NCBI RefSeq assembly: GCF_009914755.1
Contig: NC_060928.1
DNA length: 64,000 nt
Reading direction: 5' to 3' (one strand)
DNA from: the human T2T-CHM13v2.0 reference genome, Homo sapiens
The position numbers were made by a program, and so were the translations under genes. Under the pieces are notes generated by a model. That model saw only the letters and a program-made list of their open reading frames with translations. It did not search any database and was not told the origin of the DNA. Below are positions 16,746 to 32,229 of the stretch, in pieces. How positions within the stretch are numbered: the stretch's first letter is position 1; each line of letters begins with the position of its first letter.

Positions 16746-17103
16746 ATATCCTATTTTATTCTGCTCAGAATGCTGTAACAAAATATCTTAGACTGGATAA
16801 TTTATAAACAACATAAATTTCTTGCTCATAATTCTGGAGGAGAGAAGTGTAAGATCAAGTCACCAACAGATTCTATGTCTGGTGTTGGCTTCCTCTCTGC
16901 ATTTAAAAGGGCACATTCTAGTTGTGTCTTTATATGACAGAAGAGGAAAGGGAGCGTCCTCAGCCTCTTTTATAAGAGCACTAATCTGATTCATGAAGGT
17001 GGGACTTAATCACTTCCCAAAGGTCGCACTTTGTAATATTATCACATCAGGTATTAGGTTCCAACATATAAATTTTAGGGGGATGCCAACATTTATATCA
17101 CCA
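16746..17103 (-). mobile_element. MLT1A/MSTD-like MaLR solo LTR
   Basis: GCTGTAACAAAATATCTTAGACTGGATAATTTATAAACAACA...GCCTCTTTTATAAGAGCACTAATC...CCAACATATAAATTTTAGGGGGA. Confidence 0.8.
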
Positions 17104-18435
17104 ATATGCCTTTTCCATGTCATTTATTTTAGCTAAAATCCTTTACCTCATCCACCAAAATCACAAAGACTAATCAGTGCTTTAGGAAGTGCACCCTTCT
17201 CTATAATGCCTCTACTTATCTCTACAGTCAGAATTAAACAGTCCCTCTTTTTTTATCCCCTATAAACCTATTTTTTCTTTGGTTTATAAAAAATAATAGA
17301 CTCTTAAGAACGACGTTTTTTCCTTATTCAACTTTTTATTCTCTGGGAACAGTGGCGGTGATTTGTGTATACTAGTCACTTACTTTATTTTTTTGTAAAA
17401 TAAACTTGTTTGGTATGTTTAACTGAACTTAAGAAAGTGAGATGTCTGTATGGTTATTTCAGATTTCATTGTTCATAGTTATGTATAAGCTAGACACAGA
17501 TCAACTCCTAAGTTATTCTCAATAAAACAAACTGTGCCTTTTATTCTCATTTCTTTGAACTTGAATTCTATCAGATTTCCGAGAACAAAGAGACAGAATC
17601 TGCCTATTCTGGGATTTCTATGAAACATTTGTTTTTCCAAGAAATATGTCCATGGCTTAGCTGAGGCTAATATTACCTCCAGGCCAAAAAAATATATTGA
17701 GCCAGTTTGGAAGGGTCAGGGATAAAGAGGGGTGTAGTCGCCCTAAAAGCAATATTTCATAAAAAATCCTAAATATACATGTCTTCAACAATTTTAAATG
17801 TTTCTCTTTCTGTACATTATGTAAATGCAAGACACATCCTAGTGAGACATCTTTTAAAATTAAAGGCATACATATCTGAAATACAGCATTATGTTGAAAA
17901 GAAATAAAATAAATTCTATGGAATCCAAGGAGAGTACCAGCCTTACATCTCTTAGATAAGTTAGAAAATTTGATGAATATGAATTTCTGAGTTTGAATAT
18001 CTAAAACCCCCCCTGACTTTATATCTTTTGCTCTCAAATAGGCAGTTCTTGTCATGAAAATATTTCTAATATTTTATTTAACAAAAAAGTATTCTGAACA
18101 ACCTTATGGATAAGAGATTGACATGTTAAACAGTATCCGCAAATATACACATGGAGAGACAAATAAGTCTCACAAAGCAATTCGTGAGTTAAGGGAAACA
18201 CCTAGAAATACTTAGTGATGTTGTGTAAGTGGCTATTGTTAATGCTACTGGGGGATAAGTAACAATTCCAGATTAGACTAGTACTTCTTTTGTGTGTGGG
18301 ACATTTTATTGTTCTGGTGTTTGCTTGTTTGTAAATGTTTAAATAGTGTCAATTTTCAACCTTTTTTAACACCTATTCTGGGTAATATTCGCAGCAGATC
18401 ACTTATTTAAATCCTTAAGTTTAAAAGCAAAGATT

Positions 18436-18780
18436 ACATTCATTCGAGAGCAAACATTTTTGAATGCATAGATATATCAAGCACTTTTTAAACTGTTTGG
18501 AATATATCAGTGAATAAAACAAAACAACAAAATAAATTTGATTACTTGGGACCTAGAGTCTAGAAATAAATTACAGATAGAAATAAGAAATATAATAAGT
18601 AGGTAAAATATATTGCATGTTAAAAGGAGATAGGTGCCATGAAAAAAAAATAGACCAAGTTAAGAGGGATGATGAATACTAAGGATAGGTATGGGTCAAT
18701 AAATTTTAGAATTCAGGTAGGCATTGCTAAGGTAAGTTTGAACAAAAGCTTATAGGATGTGATGGAGTTGGTCATATAAA
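18436..18780 (-). mobile_element. L2 3'-end fragment
   Basis: CATTCATT...CAAACATTTTTGAATGC...GGAATATATCAGTGAATAAAACA. Confidence 0.55.
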
Positions 18781-18949
18781 TCAAAAGGGATAACATGGCT
18801 TTACACAACTTGATATATGTAAACTATTTGAAGAAAATATATTGACTATATAGAGCAAGATTCTCATGTAAATATTTTGTATTTGCAGTCCACTTTTGAG
18901 AGTTTATTAAGAAAGTGGCTTGATACAATACTTTTGTATTTCCAGTCTA

Positions 18950-19095
18950 ATAACTACACTTGAAGGTGGGTATTATTATTCCTGTTTAACAGGTGAGAAA
19001 ATTAGTTTTATACAAATGAAAGATAGTTCAATGAGTCAAAACTAGTAAGTGGTATGGTTAACTTTCCAACAAATCCAAGTGTGTGTTGAGTGTTT
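18950..19095 (-). mobile_element. MIR fragment
   Basis: GGTGGGTATTATTATTCCTGTTTAACAGGTGAGAAAATT...AACTAGTAAGTGG. Confidence 0.65.
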
Positions 19096-20310
19096 TTAAA
19101 ATTTTTGCAATCCTTTTATTATGCAAACTTTTTGTTATGCAAATCCAATTAATATAGCTTGTTCTGACTCTTAGTGCTAAGATTTTGCCAGGACAATTTG
19201 TAGTTTGTTTTCAGTAGTTTTAAAATTCCTTAGTGAGAAACTATTTAGTGGGATTTTTTTTCAAGTCATCCTGTATAGACACAAAGGCCTTGTTCTTTAT
19301 TTTATCTTTATCTGTATGAATTAAAACATAACATAACTTCAAAACAAAACCCTATATTTAGGTCTCTTTTAACTTAGATAGGGAACATTATTAATGCCGT
19401 TGATCACATTAGTCATTTTGGCAATAGATTTGAAGTCAATTATCATGTCCCCTTCCCAATTGGCTATATTTATAGAAATAACAAGGTATTTCCAATTTGT
19501 ACAATTAATCAGTCATCTATATAACACACAAGACTGTAGATCCTTTTAATGCATGTACCTAGAAAGCCACTTTCCTTCTCTTAACTTGTTCTTTATGCAC
19601 TATATAATATTGTGTTTTACATGATTATGCTTTGATTCTATTTTGTCTTTGTATTTTAACTTAACCTGGGAAATAGCTATTTTGTACAACAATGGATAGG
19701 TAGTGATATACTTGAATTAAAATTGATTTTAACCAGTGAAACTCTAAGAATGAAATCATATTTCTATCTTTGAGACAATTCCATTTTGAACTATGAAATG
19801 CTGACTAATATTTTGTGTATTATTTGTCTAGGCAATGAAAAATTTCAATTTTAAGGATTTTTTATACATATAGTTAAACACATTCATTTAAGATAAATTG
19901 GATCACTGAGGGTTCTGGAGTAGTAGGAACGAAAAGGAAATTTGATCTGTCTTAAATGGTTTCATGATGGATTCAATGGCTGAAACGTTTTCAATTTTTT
20001 ACAGGGTTTCTTAGACAGTGACAACGATAGATGACTACTTAGCCATACTGTTCTCTAAGTAACAAATGCTGCAAATTTAAATCCTTTTGTATGGTAAAGA
20101 AAAAAATGTTCAATTTTCCCTCATTTGTCACCCATTAATCTTTACTAATTATAATTTTATTAAAGGAAGCATTAGACTATCAATTCATATTTTCTAAGTG
20201 TCAAGTTACATCACTTTTGACAAATATATCATCATAAAAACGACCCTGAAGTACTGATTTCTCTTCATTATACTGTATTTGATGTTTCAAATAATACATT
20301 TTAAGTTACA

Positions 20311-22742
<2,432 letters not shown>

Positions 22743-23559
22743 TTACATACCCAAATGAAAATATGGTTAACTTAAAACTAAAAATAGCTTTAGCACTTGA
22801 GGTCTCTGGCTGAAATTATTTAAGTTTCTTTCCTTTGTTTTCTATTTATTTTTTCTAAAAACATCTAGAAACTGGTTATTTGATTTTTAAATTTTCAGTT
22901 CCTTCTATTAAAACCAATCTGTCAGTGATTACTTCTCTTCCTGATTTATCTTTTATTAGAGATTTGTGATTCATTGTCTCTATGTCCTCAGAGTGACTAG
23001 ATTTCATGAAACACCTTTCCTCCACCTCTTCCCATGAGACTTTCAGTTTATCATAATACCTGTTTAGGGAATGGTAACATCATCCATCATTTTCTCCAGA
23101 AATGTTCTAGAAGTCATTATGTATTTATAATTTTTAATTGATTATACATTATGTAAGCAAGTCTTATGTTACTATTCAGCATACACACATTTGTATTATA
23201 TCATATATAAGAAAAAATATTAAATCTTTGAATTGGTATTGAGGCTTTTCATGATCTAAGTCCTGATTGTATCACTCCTTCTCTCCTGCCTCTATCAGAT
23301 ATGACCCATGTAGGTCTAGTTTCTTAAATATGTTGTGTTGTAATTATTTTTTAAAATATAGTTTATTTACTATTAGTCTTTGAGTTTAATTGGGGACGTA
23401 CTTTTATTCTGTCCGTTTTTGGATACAGGTCTACCATTCAGTGCCTTACAGGGTTGCCTTGGCATGTTAATTTTTCTTATTCTTTTAAATATTATATTTT
23501 GAGTAAACAAGCATTTTTAAAGGTCATTGTAGCTTAGCTGAATTTGATAAAGCAAAATG

Positions 23560-23765
23560 AACAGCGATATGGGAATCAGAAGTGTTGGATTATCATTTCA
23601 GCACTGCTACTTACTGGCCACGTGACTGTCTAAAGCCCAAATTCATTATCTGTGGAGGAGGAAGAATATCCATACCCGGCCTATTGCCGGGTTGTTGTGA
23701 GGATCACAGGTTACGCAATTTATGATGATACTTTGTGCTTGGTAGAGTTCAATAAAAGGAAGATG
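23560..23765 (+). mobile_element. MIR
   Basis: GGAATCAGA...CACTGCTACTTACTGGCCACGTGAC...GGGTTGTTGTGAGGAT. Confidence 0.7.
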
Positions 23766-25112
23766 TATTAAAATTAGGTGAAAGTACTGAAATTTGTTTT
23801 ACCTTCTCAGTAAACACAGTAATATAAATGATAATAAATTTATTTGAACAACAGTTTTACTCAAATCTATTCATTCTATGGAAAGAAATTTTCTGCCTTA
23901 AGACACTTTTGAATTTTTTTTCTTTGTTCTCATGGAGAATGTTGGTGTGTGTTTGTGTGTGCATGGGGCTGTCTGTGTATGTGGTTATTACTTACTATGA
24001 TAGAGCACAGTTATGAATTTATCCAGTATTTTTTCCGGGATTACATTAAACTATGTTCATTTGCTTTATGATTTGCACACATAGAAAAAAGAGCATTTTT
24101 ATGATTCCCTTATTATGTCTTCTATATAAAATGCATACTATTAAATAGTAAAGTTAAAGTTATATGGAGTGAAAATTTCAGGATCACAATACTGATTCAT
24201 TTACAACTATTTCAATGATAATGAAAATACGAGAAAAGAAATGAAAAAATCATTCTTTGAATTTCATCAGTACATTTCTAAATATCAAAGATTGAAAAAG
24301 TTCTTGCCTCTCAAGTACTCATTTTTTTCATTTTTATTTTAAAGGAAGGAGACAGATGGACGAGGTGGTTGAGACATCATTGATGGATGTTTTAATTCAG
24401 AAAGCAGGTTTACGAGTCCAGAATATATCCTGCCAATTATCAACAGTAGCTTTGCTTTTGCCCTTGATTCATTGCTTTAGTGTGAAAAAAGAACCAACAG
24501 ATGATACTTGTGTTGCTTGCAGACACTGACATGACCCGAGAAGTGGTCCACCGACTGTGGAAAAGTGATGGTACTACCACATGCAACAGGCATGATTAAC
24601 TGCTATGAGATAGCAGCAAAAGTATTTATCAGAATGTTAAATTTTGAGATGAATTTTGAGGGCAGGTGAGGAAGACACTGAGTTATAATAATCACTTCCT
24701 ATCTTACCCAACATTGAATTTTATAATTTGCCAGTTTTACACTTTACTGTTCACTCCTGTAAATTTATTTTGCATTTGATAATATAAAGCAATAATACTT
24801 ACTCTTGATCTACACTTTGAAAAGGCCAAGCCTACTCAATCTCTCTTTCCTTACATATTTTAATATTTTAAACAATATCCTTAATATTCATATATACTAC
24901 ACAGATTTTAAACAGTGTACTTAATATTCATATATACTAGCAGATTTTACAATAATGATAGTGATTTGATTTTGTGGCATTTTCATTTTAGTCACAATTT
25001 CCCAGGGAAATTACAATTTTTAAAAAATGATGTAAAACTGCTCAATTCTCTCATTCTTTCTCATCTTTCGGTTTTTCCCTTCTTGGGCCTTAGTTTTTAA
25101 TTTAAGCAAAAA

Positions 25113-25240
25113 ACTATATATAGTTATATATATATAGTTATAGTTATATATATAGTTATAGTTATATATAGTTATAGTTATATATAGTTATAGTTATATA
25201 TATAGTTATAGATATATGTATATATACAAACACACACACA
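25113..25240. repeat. Compound AT-rich (TATAGT)/(TA)n repeat ending in (CA)n
   Basis: Repeated TATATAGTTATAGT units with variable TA counts. Confidence 0.92.
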
Positions 25241-25389
25241 TATAACAAAATGTCTCTTAGTGGAATATTTTTGAAGTCAAACCCATTTCTAAAATTGTTA
25301 TTGTTGTCTTAATTGAAAATTGCTTTTGGAAAATAAATCAATATTGATATTTATATTCTCTTCACTTATTATTTTAACTTACCTTTCAG

Positions 25390-25595
25390 CAATAGCAGTT
25401 ATATTAACCTTTTATTGAGCCCTCACTATTACCTGAGTCTACACTAGAGGTTTTATATGCAATTTCATATCTAATTCTCATAACTGTGTTACAGATGATA
25501 ACATTGAGGCTCAGAGAGACCAAATAATTTCCCCATATTCACACTGTTCACCTGATTGATGGAATAGGATATTTATTAAGATCTGTCTGACTCCA
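25390..25595 (-). mobile_element. MIR
   Basis: TTTATTGAGC...TTACAGATGATACATTGAGGCTCAGAGAG...GATCTGTCTGACTCCA. Confidence 0.7.
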
Positions 25596-26467
25596 TCACT
25601 AAACAAAGCCTCTCAAGTTTTATCTTCTAAATTTTCTTTCTGCATCAGGACTCTATTTTGCACTTTGTGGGATTTTCAAATGACTTTTTTCTTCCATTTT
25701 TGCCACAAGATACTTAATGTAGAGAATGTTAGAGCAAACTGTACAACCAGACAAGAGAAAGAGATCTGGGGCTTCAGAGTGGGTTCCAATTATTATTCAA
25801 CCACTTTCTTACTATCAATCCCTCAGCACAGCACAAGCACTCTAACCCTAGTTTTTACATGTAAACTGATCTTGCATGAGGAATCAATGGATAATATGTA
25901 AAATATTAATATAATATATAACATGGTAATTCAAACACTAGCATACTGAACAAAATTATTATGTAACATTCGATTTAACATTTCAACTTTTAATTAAAAT
26001 ATAATTTTGTATTTGCCTTTTGAATCATTGACAGATTCTGTTCATCGATGATACTTTTTAATGCAGAAATTTCTGGAAGTAGTTACGAAGAGAGACTGGA
26101 AAATAAACAGAAACTTACTTCCAGTACTGAGTCATAAATGACAGCACTATGGTAACTAGAGGTCTTTAGATAGAAAAGTGTGATTGAAAATCACTTCTGT
26201 CTTTGTTGAATGCAGTAATTTCTAGAAAGAAAGTCACTGGTTTACAGATTATATATTCAGGCCCCTTAAACTAATTTATATGTATTTTAGTTTAGCTAAG
26301 TGTCACAAACTTTCTACTAATTTCAACACATCAATTAATTTGGGGCACAACTTTATGAGGCATTGGAAAGATTTTATTTTTGCTAATATCACTCTATCTT
26401 ATTTTTACTTTTGAAGATGTATTGATATAATGGTATAGTCTTTAAATGATCAATAGTAGGATATAGC

Positions 26468-26514
26468 CAGTCATGTGATGGTAATATTTAGCAACCTGTT
26501 CTTCAGGATAAAAT

Positions 26515-26550
<36 letters not shown>

Positions 26551-26690
26551 GCTTATATTGTTTGCTAATTTCTTTGGTGTAAATATTCCTACCGTCACTG
26601 ATTTCCAGCTACCAATGTGATGTCACTAAACGTGGAGCTGGAGAGAACTCTAGCACATTACTAAATACAGGTATCAGCAAATATTCTTGT
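26468..26690. mobile_element. MER63-like (hAT-Blackjack) element containing (CA)n at 26517-26548
   Basis: GGTGTAAATATTCCTACCGTCACTGATTTCCAGCTACCAATGTGATGTCACTAAACGTGGAGCTGG matches recalled MER63 core. Confidence 0.6.
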
Positions 26691-27651
26691 CAAGCCAACA
26701 TATGCATTTGGTGTGACATCTTGGGTCATGTACATGGGTCTAAGAAAAATGACAGAGAATTTGGAGATAGGAACAAGTTGCTATAAAGCAAATAAAAATG
26801 GCAATATTCTTTAGTTATCAGATGACTCATGTTAAACTTTTTCTAACTAAAAATGTTATAATCTTAACTCATATATACTGACATACTCTATGCCAAGCTT
26901 CCCATGTTAGGAATGTAGTGATTTATATTGAACTAATTTAGAACACACAAACAAAGGCTCTTCTTTATAGAACAATACTGTTTTGAAATTTGCCAACCTA
27001 TCTTATTTTCTCTTAAATTTAAGTAAATAATAAAAAGAGAAAATCATAGATAACAAAAATGCCCATTAGTCTTAAGAAAAAATAATCAACTATAGAAGAC
27101 AAACCGTTAATTTATCTCACTAAATACAAGGGATTGCTGAGACTTCACAATAAAAAAAATTAGTAAATGTGTCCCCAAAGTTAGAAGCACACATACTTGA
27201 AAAAATTTGACTTAATTTTGACTTGAATTTTTTTCCTTTTATGACCCAATTGAGACAATAACAATTTTCCTTGTCTCTAAAGCATAAACAATTCCTAATA
27301 ATAAAAATTCCTTGACTTAACTGGTTCTAACTATTTTTTGCTTCAGTTTTTATTTGCACAATTAAAATAAAATAAAGCTCAACATTGTAGAATGAGAGCA
27401 AATATGTGGTTAGGGTTGGTGATGTAATTTTTATGCTGCTTGCTGTACATATGCAAAGGTTGAATACATTTTGCCCTTTATATTCTGCTTTTGTATTTTT
27501 GAAGTTGATGGCAAGAATTTTCAACAAATGTTACTTCAATGGACAACCTGGGCATTAACTTTTATTTCTCTCACTTACTAAATCTTGCAAAGTTTATATC
27601 CACATATTTTAAAATTAACTCTCTCTAGGCTTTACTTAAAAACACTTTATT

Positions 27652-30600
27652 GGTGACAAAATCTCTCATCATTTGCTTGTCTGTAAAGATTTTGTCACCA
27701 CCAGGCCTGCCTTACAAGAGCTCCTGATGAAGGAAACACTAAACATGGAAAGAAATAATCGGCACCAGCCACTGCAAAAAACATAGCAAATTTTAAAGAC
27801 CATTGACACTATGAAAAAAGTGCATCAACTAAGAGGCAAAATAGCCAGCGAGCATCAAAATAACAGGATCAAATTCAAACATAACAATATTAACCTTAAA
27901 TGTAAATGGGCTAAATGCCCCAATTAAAAGACACAGACTGGCAAATTGGATAAAGAGTCAAGACCCACCAGTGTGCTGTATTCAGGAGACCCATCTCAAG
28001 TGTAAAGACACACATAGGTTCAAAATAGAGGGATGGAGGAATATTTACCAAGCAAATGTAAAGCAATAAAAAGCAGGGGTTGCATTTCTAGTCTCTGATA
28101 AAACAGACTTTAAACCAACAAAGATCAAAAGAGACAAAGAAGGGCATTACATAATGGTAAAGGGATCAATGCAACAAGAAGAGTTAACTATCCTAAATAT
28201 ATATGCACCCAATACAGGGGCACCCAGATTCATAAAGCAAGTTCTTAGAGACCTACAAAGAGACTTAGACTCCCACACAATAATAGTGGAAGAGTTTAAT
28301 ACCCCACTGTCAATATTAGACAGATCAATGAGACAGAAAATAAATTAAGAAGAATATCCAGGACTTGAACTCAGCTCTGGACCAAGAAGACATAATAGAC
28401 ATCTACAGAATTCTCCACCCCAAATCAACAGAATACACATTCTTCTCAGCACCACACTGCACTTATTCTAAAATTGACCACATAATTGGAAGTAAAACAC
28501 TCCTCAGCAAATGCAAAAGAACAAAAATCATAACAAACAGTCTCTCAGACCACAGTGCAAACAAATTAGGACTCAGGATTAAGAAACTCACTCAAAACTG
28601 CCCAACTACATGGAAACTGAACAACCTGCTCCTGAATGACTACTGGGTACATAACGAAATGAAGGCAGAAATAAAGACGTTATTTGAAACCAATGAGAAC
28701 AAAGACACAACATACCAGAATCTCTGGGACACATTTAAAGCAGTTTTTAGAGGGAAACTTATAGCACTAAATGCCCACAAGAGAAAGTAGGAAAGATCTA
28801 AAATTGACCTCCTAACATCACAATTAAAAAAAGTAGAGAAGCAAGAGCAAACAAATTCAAAAGCTAGCAGAAGACAAGAAATAACTAACATCAGAGCAGA
28901 ACTGAAGGAGATAGAGACACGAAAAACACTTCAAAAGAATCAATGAATCCAGGAGCTGGATTTTGAAAAGATCAACAAAATAGACTGCTAGCCAGACTAA
29001 TAAAGAAAAAAAGACAGAAGCATCAAATAGATGCAATTAAAAAAAAAAACAGGATATCACCACTGATCCTACAGAAATACATACAAACATCAGAGAATAC
29101 TATAAACACCTCTACACAAATAAACTATAAAATCTAGAAGAAATGGATAAATTGCTGGACACATACACCATCCCAAGACTAAATCAGGAAGAAGTCAAAT
29201 CCCTGAACAGACCAATAACAAGTTCTGAAATTGAGGCAGCAATTAATAGCCTACAAACCAAAAAAAGCCCAGGACTGGACAAATTCACAGCCAAATTCTA
29301 CCAGAGGTACAAAGAGAAGCTGGTAACATTCCTTCTCAAACCAAACACCGCATGTTCTCACTCATAAGTGGGAAGTTAACAATGAGAGCACATGGACACA
29401 AGAAGGGGAACATCACACACCAGGCCCTGTTGTGGGGTGGGGGGATGGGGTAGAGATAGCATTAGGAGATATACCTAATGTTAAATGATGAGTTAATGGG
29501 TGCAGCACACCAACATGGCACATGTATGCATATGTAACAAACCTGCACATTGTACACATGTACCCTAAAACTTAAAGTATAATAAAAAAAGAGAAATGAA
29601 TATTCAACAAACATTAAAAAAAATTCCAAACAATAGAAAAAGAGGGAATTCTCCATAACTCATTTTATGAGGCCAGCATCATTCAGATATTAAAAGCTGA
29701 CAGAGACACAACAAAAAAAGAAAATTTCAGGCCAATATCCCTGATGAACACCAATGCGAAAATCTTCAATAAAATACTGGTAAACTGAACCCAGCAGCAC
29801 ATCAAAAAGCTTATCCGCCACAATGAAGTCAAGTTCACACCTGAGATTCAAGACTGTTTCAACATACACAAATCAAGAAACGTAATCCATCACATAATCA
29901 GAACCAATGACAAAAACCACACGATTATCTCAATAGATGCAGAAAAGGCCTCCAACAAAATTCAACCCCGCTTTATGCTAAAAACTCTCAGTAAACTAGA
30001 TATTGATGGAATATATCTCAACATAGTAACAGCTATTTATGACAAACCCCAGCCAATATCTTACTGAATGGGCAAAAACTGGAAGGATTCCCTTTGAAAA
30101 CCGACACAAATAAGGATGGCCCTCTCCCAAAACTCCTCCTCAACACAGTATTGGAAGTTCTGGCTAGGGCAATCAGGCAAGAGAAAGAAAGAAAGCATAT
30201 TCAGACAAGAAGAGAGGAAGTCAAATTGTCTCTGTTTGCAGATGACATGATTGTATATGTAGAAAATTCTATCATCTCATCCCAAAATCTCCTTAAGCTG
30301 ATAAGCAACTTCAGCAAAGTCTCAGGATACAAAATCAATGTGCAAAAATCCAAGCATTCCTATACACTAATAACAGACAAACAGAAAGCGAAATCATGAG
30401 TGAATGCCCATTCCCAATTGCTACACAGAGAAGAAAATACCTAGGAATACAACTTACAAGGGATGTGAAGGACCTCTTCAAGGAGAACTGCAAAACACTC
30501 CTCGAGGAAATACAAGAGGACACAAATAAATGGAAAAATGTTCCATGCTCATACATAGGAAGAATAAATATTGTGAAAATGGCCATACTGACCAAAGTAA

Positions 30601-32177
30601 TGTGTAGATTCAATCCTATCCCCATCAAGCTATCATTGACTGTCTTCACAGACTTAGAAAACATTACTTTAAATTTCATATGGAACCAAAAAAGAGCCTG
30701 CATAGCCAAGACAATTCTAAGCAAAAAGAACAAAGCTGGAGGCATCACATTACCTGACTTCAAACTATGCTACAAGTATACAGTAACCAAAACAGCATGG
30801 TACTGGAACCAAAACAGATATATAGACCAATGGACCAGAATAGAGGCCTCAGATGTAACACCACACATCTACAACCATCAGATCTTTGACAAACCTGACA
30901 AAATCAAGCAATGGGGAAAGAATTCCTTATTTAATAAACGGTGTTGGGAAAACGGGCTAGCCCTATGCAGAAAACTGAAACTGGACCCCTTCCTTACACC
31001 TTATACAAAAATTAACTTAAGATGGAGTAAAGACTTAAACATAAGACCTAAAACCATAAAAACCCTAGAAGAAAACCTAGGCAATACCATTCAGGACATA
31101 GGCATGGGCAAATACTTCATGACTAAAACACCAAAAGCAATGCAACCAAAGCCAAAATTGACAAATGGGATCTAATTAAACTAAAGAGCTTCTGCACAGC
31201 AAAAGAAACTATCATCAGAGGGAACAGGCAACCTACAGAATGAAAGAAAAATTTTGCAATCTATCCATCTGACAAAGGGCTAATATCCAGAATCTACAGA
31301 GAACTTAAACAAATTTACAAGTAAAAAACAATTCCTTCAAAAAATTGAAGGATATGAACAGACACTTCTCAAAAGAAGACATTTATGTAGCCAACAAATA
31401 TGAAAAAAATCTCATCATCACTGGTCATTAGAGAAATGCAAATCAAAACCACAATGAGATACCATCTCATGCCAGTTAGAATGACGATCATTAAAAAGTC
31501 AGGAAGCAACAGATGCTAGAAAGGTTGTGGAAAAATAGGAACACTTTTACGCTGTTGGTGGGAGTGTAAATTAGTTAAACTATTGTGGAAGACAATATGG
31601 CAATTCCTCAAGGATCTAGAACTAGAAATACCATTTGACCTAGCAATAGCAATCCCATTAGTGGGTATACACCCAAAGGATTATAAATCATTCTACTATA
31701 AAGACACATGCACATGAATGCTTATTGTGGCACTGTTCACAATAGCAAAGACTTGGAACTAACCCAAATGCCCATCAATGATAGACTGGATAAAGAAAAT
31801 GTGGCACATATACACTATGGAATACTATGCAGCCATAAAAAAGGATGAGTTTATGTCCTTTACAGGGACATGGATGAAGCTGGAAACCATCATTCTCAGC
31901 AAACTAACACAAGAACAGAAAACCAAACACCACATATTCTCACTCATAAGTGGGAGTTTGAACAATGAGAACACATGGACACAGGTAGGGGAACATCACA
32001 CACTGGAGCCTGTCAGGGGGGTAAGGGGCTAGGGTAGGGATAGCATTAGGAGAAATACCTAATGTAGGTGACGGGTTGATGGTTCAGCAAACCACCATGG
32101 CATGTGTATACCTATGTAACAAACCTGCACGTTCTGCACATGTACTCCAGAACTTAAAGTATAATAATATAAAAAAA
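27652..32177 (+). mobile_element. 5'-truncated, 5'-inverted L1PA7/8-like element (ORF1 tail, whole decayed ORF2, 3' UTR)
   Basis: ORF2 fragments at 28154-32032; ORF2 ATG mutated to ATA near 27860; inverted 37-bp ORF1 piece at 27652-27688; TSD AAAAA(C/A)ACTTTATT at 27638-27651 and 32171-32184. Confidence 0.92.
29338..29623 (+). mobile_element. Nested L1PA4-like 3'-end insertion inside ORF2 of the older L1
   Basis: Host ORF2 breaks at CCTTCTCAAAC and resumes at ATTCCAAACAATAG; the insert carries TAATGTTAAATGATGAG..ACCAACATGG..CCCTAAAACTTAAAGTATAAT and an A-tail. Confidence 0.9.
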
Positions 32178-32229
32178 CTTTATTAAGCTTTTTTCCAATC
32201 CCTGTTGCATATATAAACAATTGTTATAG

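Noticed and set aside
17657-18055. 132-aa minus-strand ORF in non-repeat DNA
   Set aside because: No recognisable domain, AT-rich low-information composition, no supporting exon structure; compatible with a chance ORF
23673-23691. 7-bp GC-rich hairpin ACCCGGC-CTATT-GCCGGGT
   Set aside because: Short and inside a MIR; expected by chance in 64 kb
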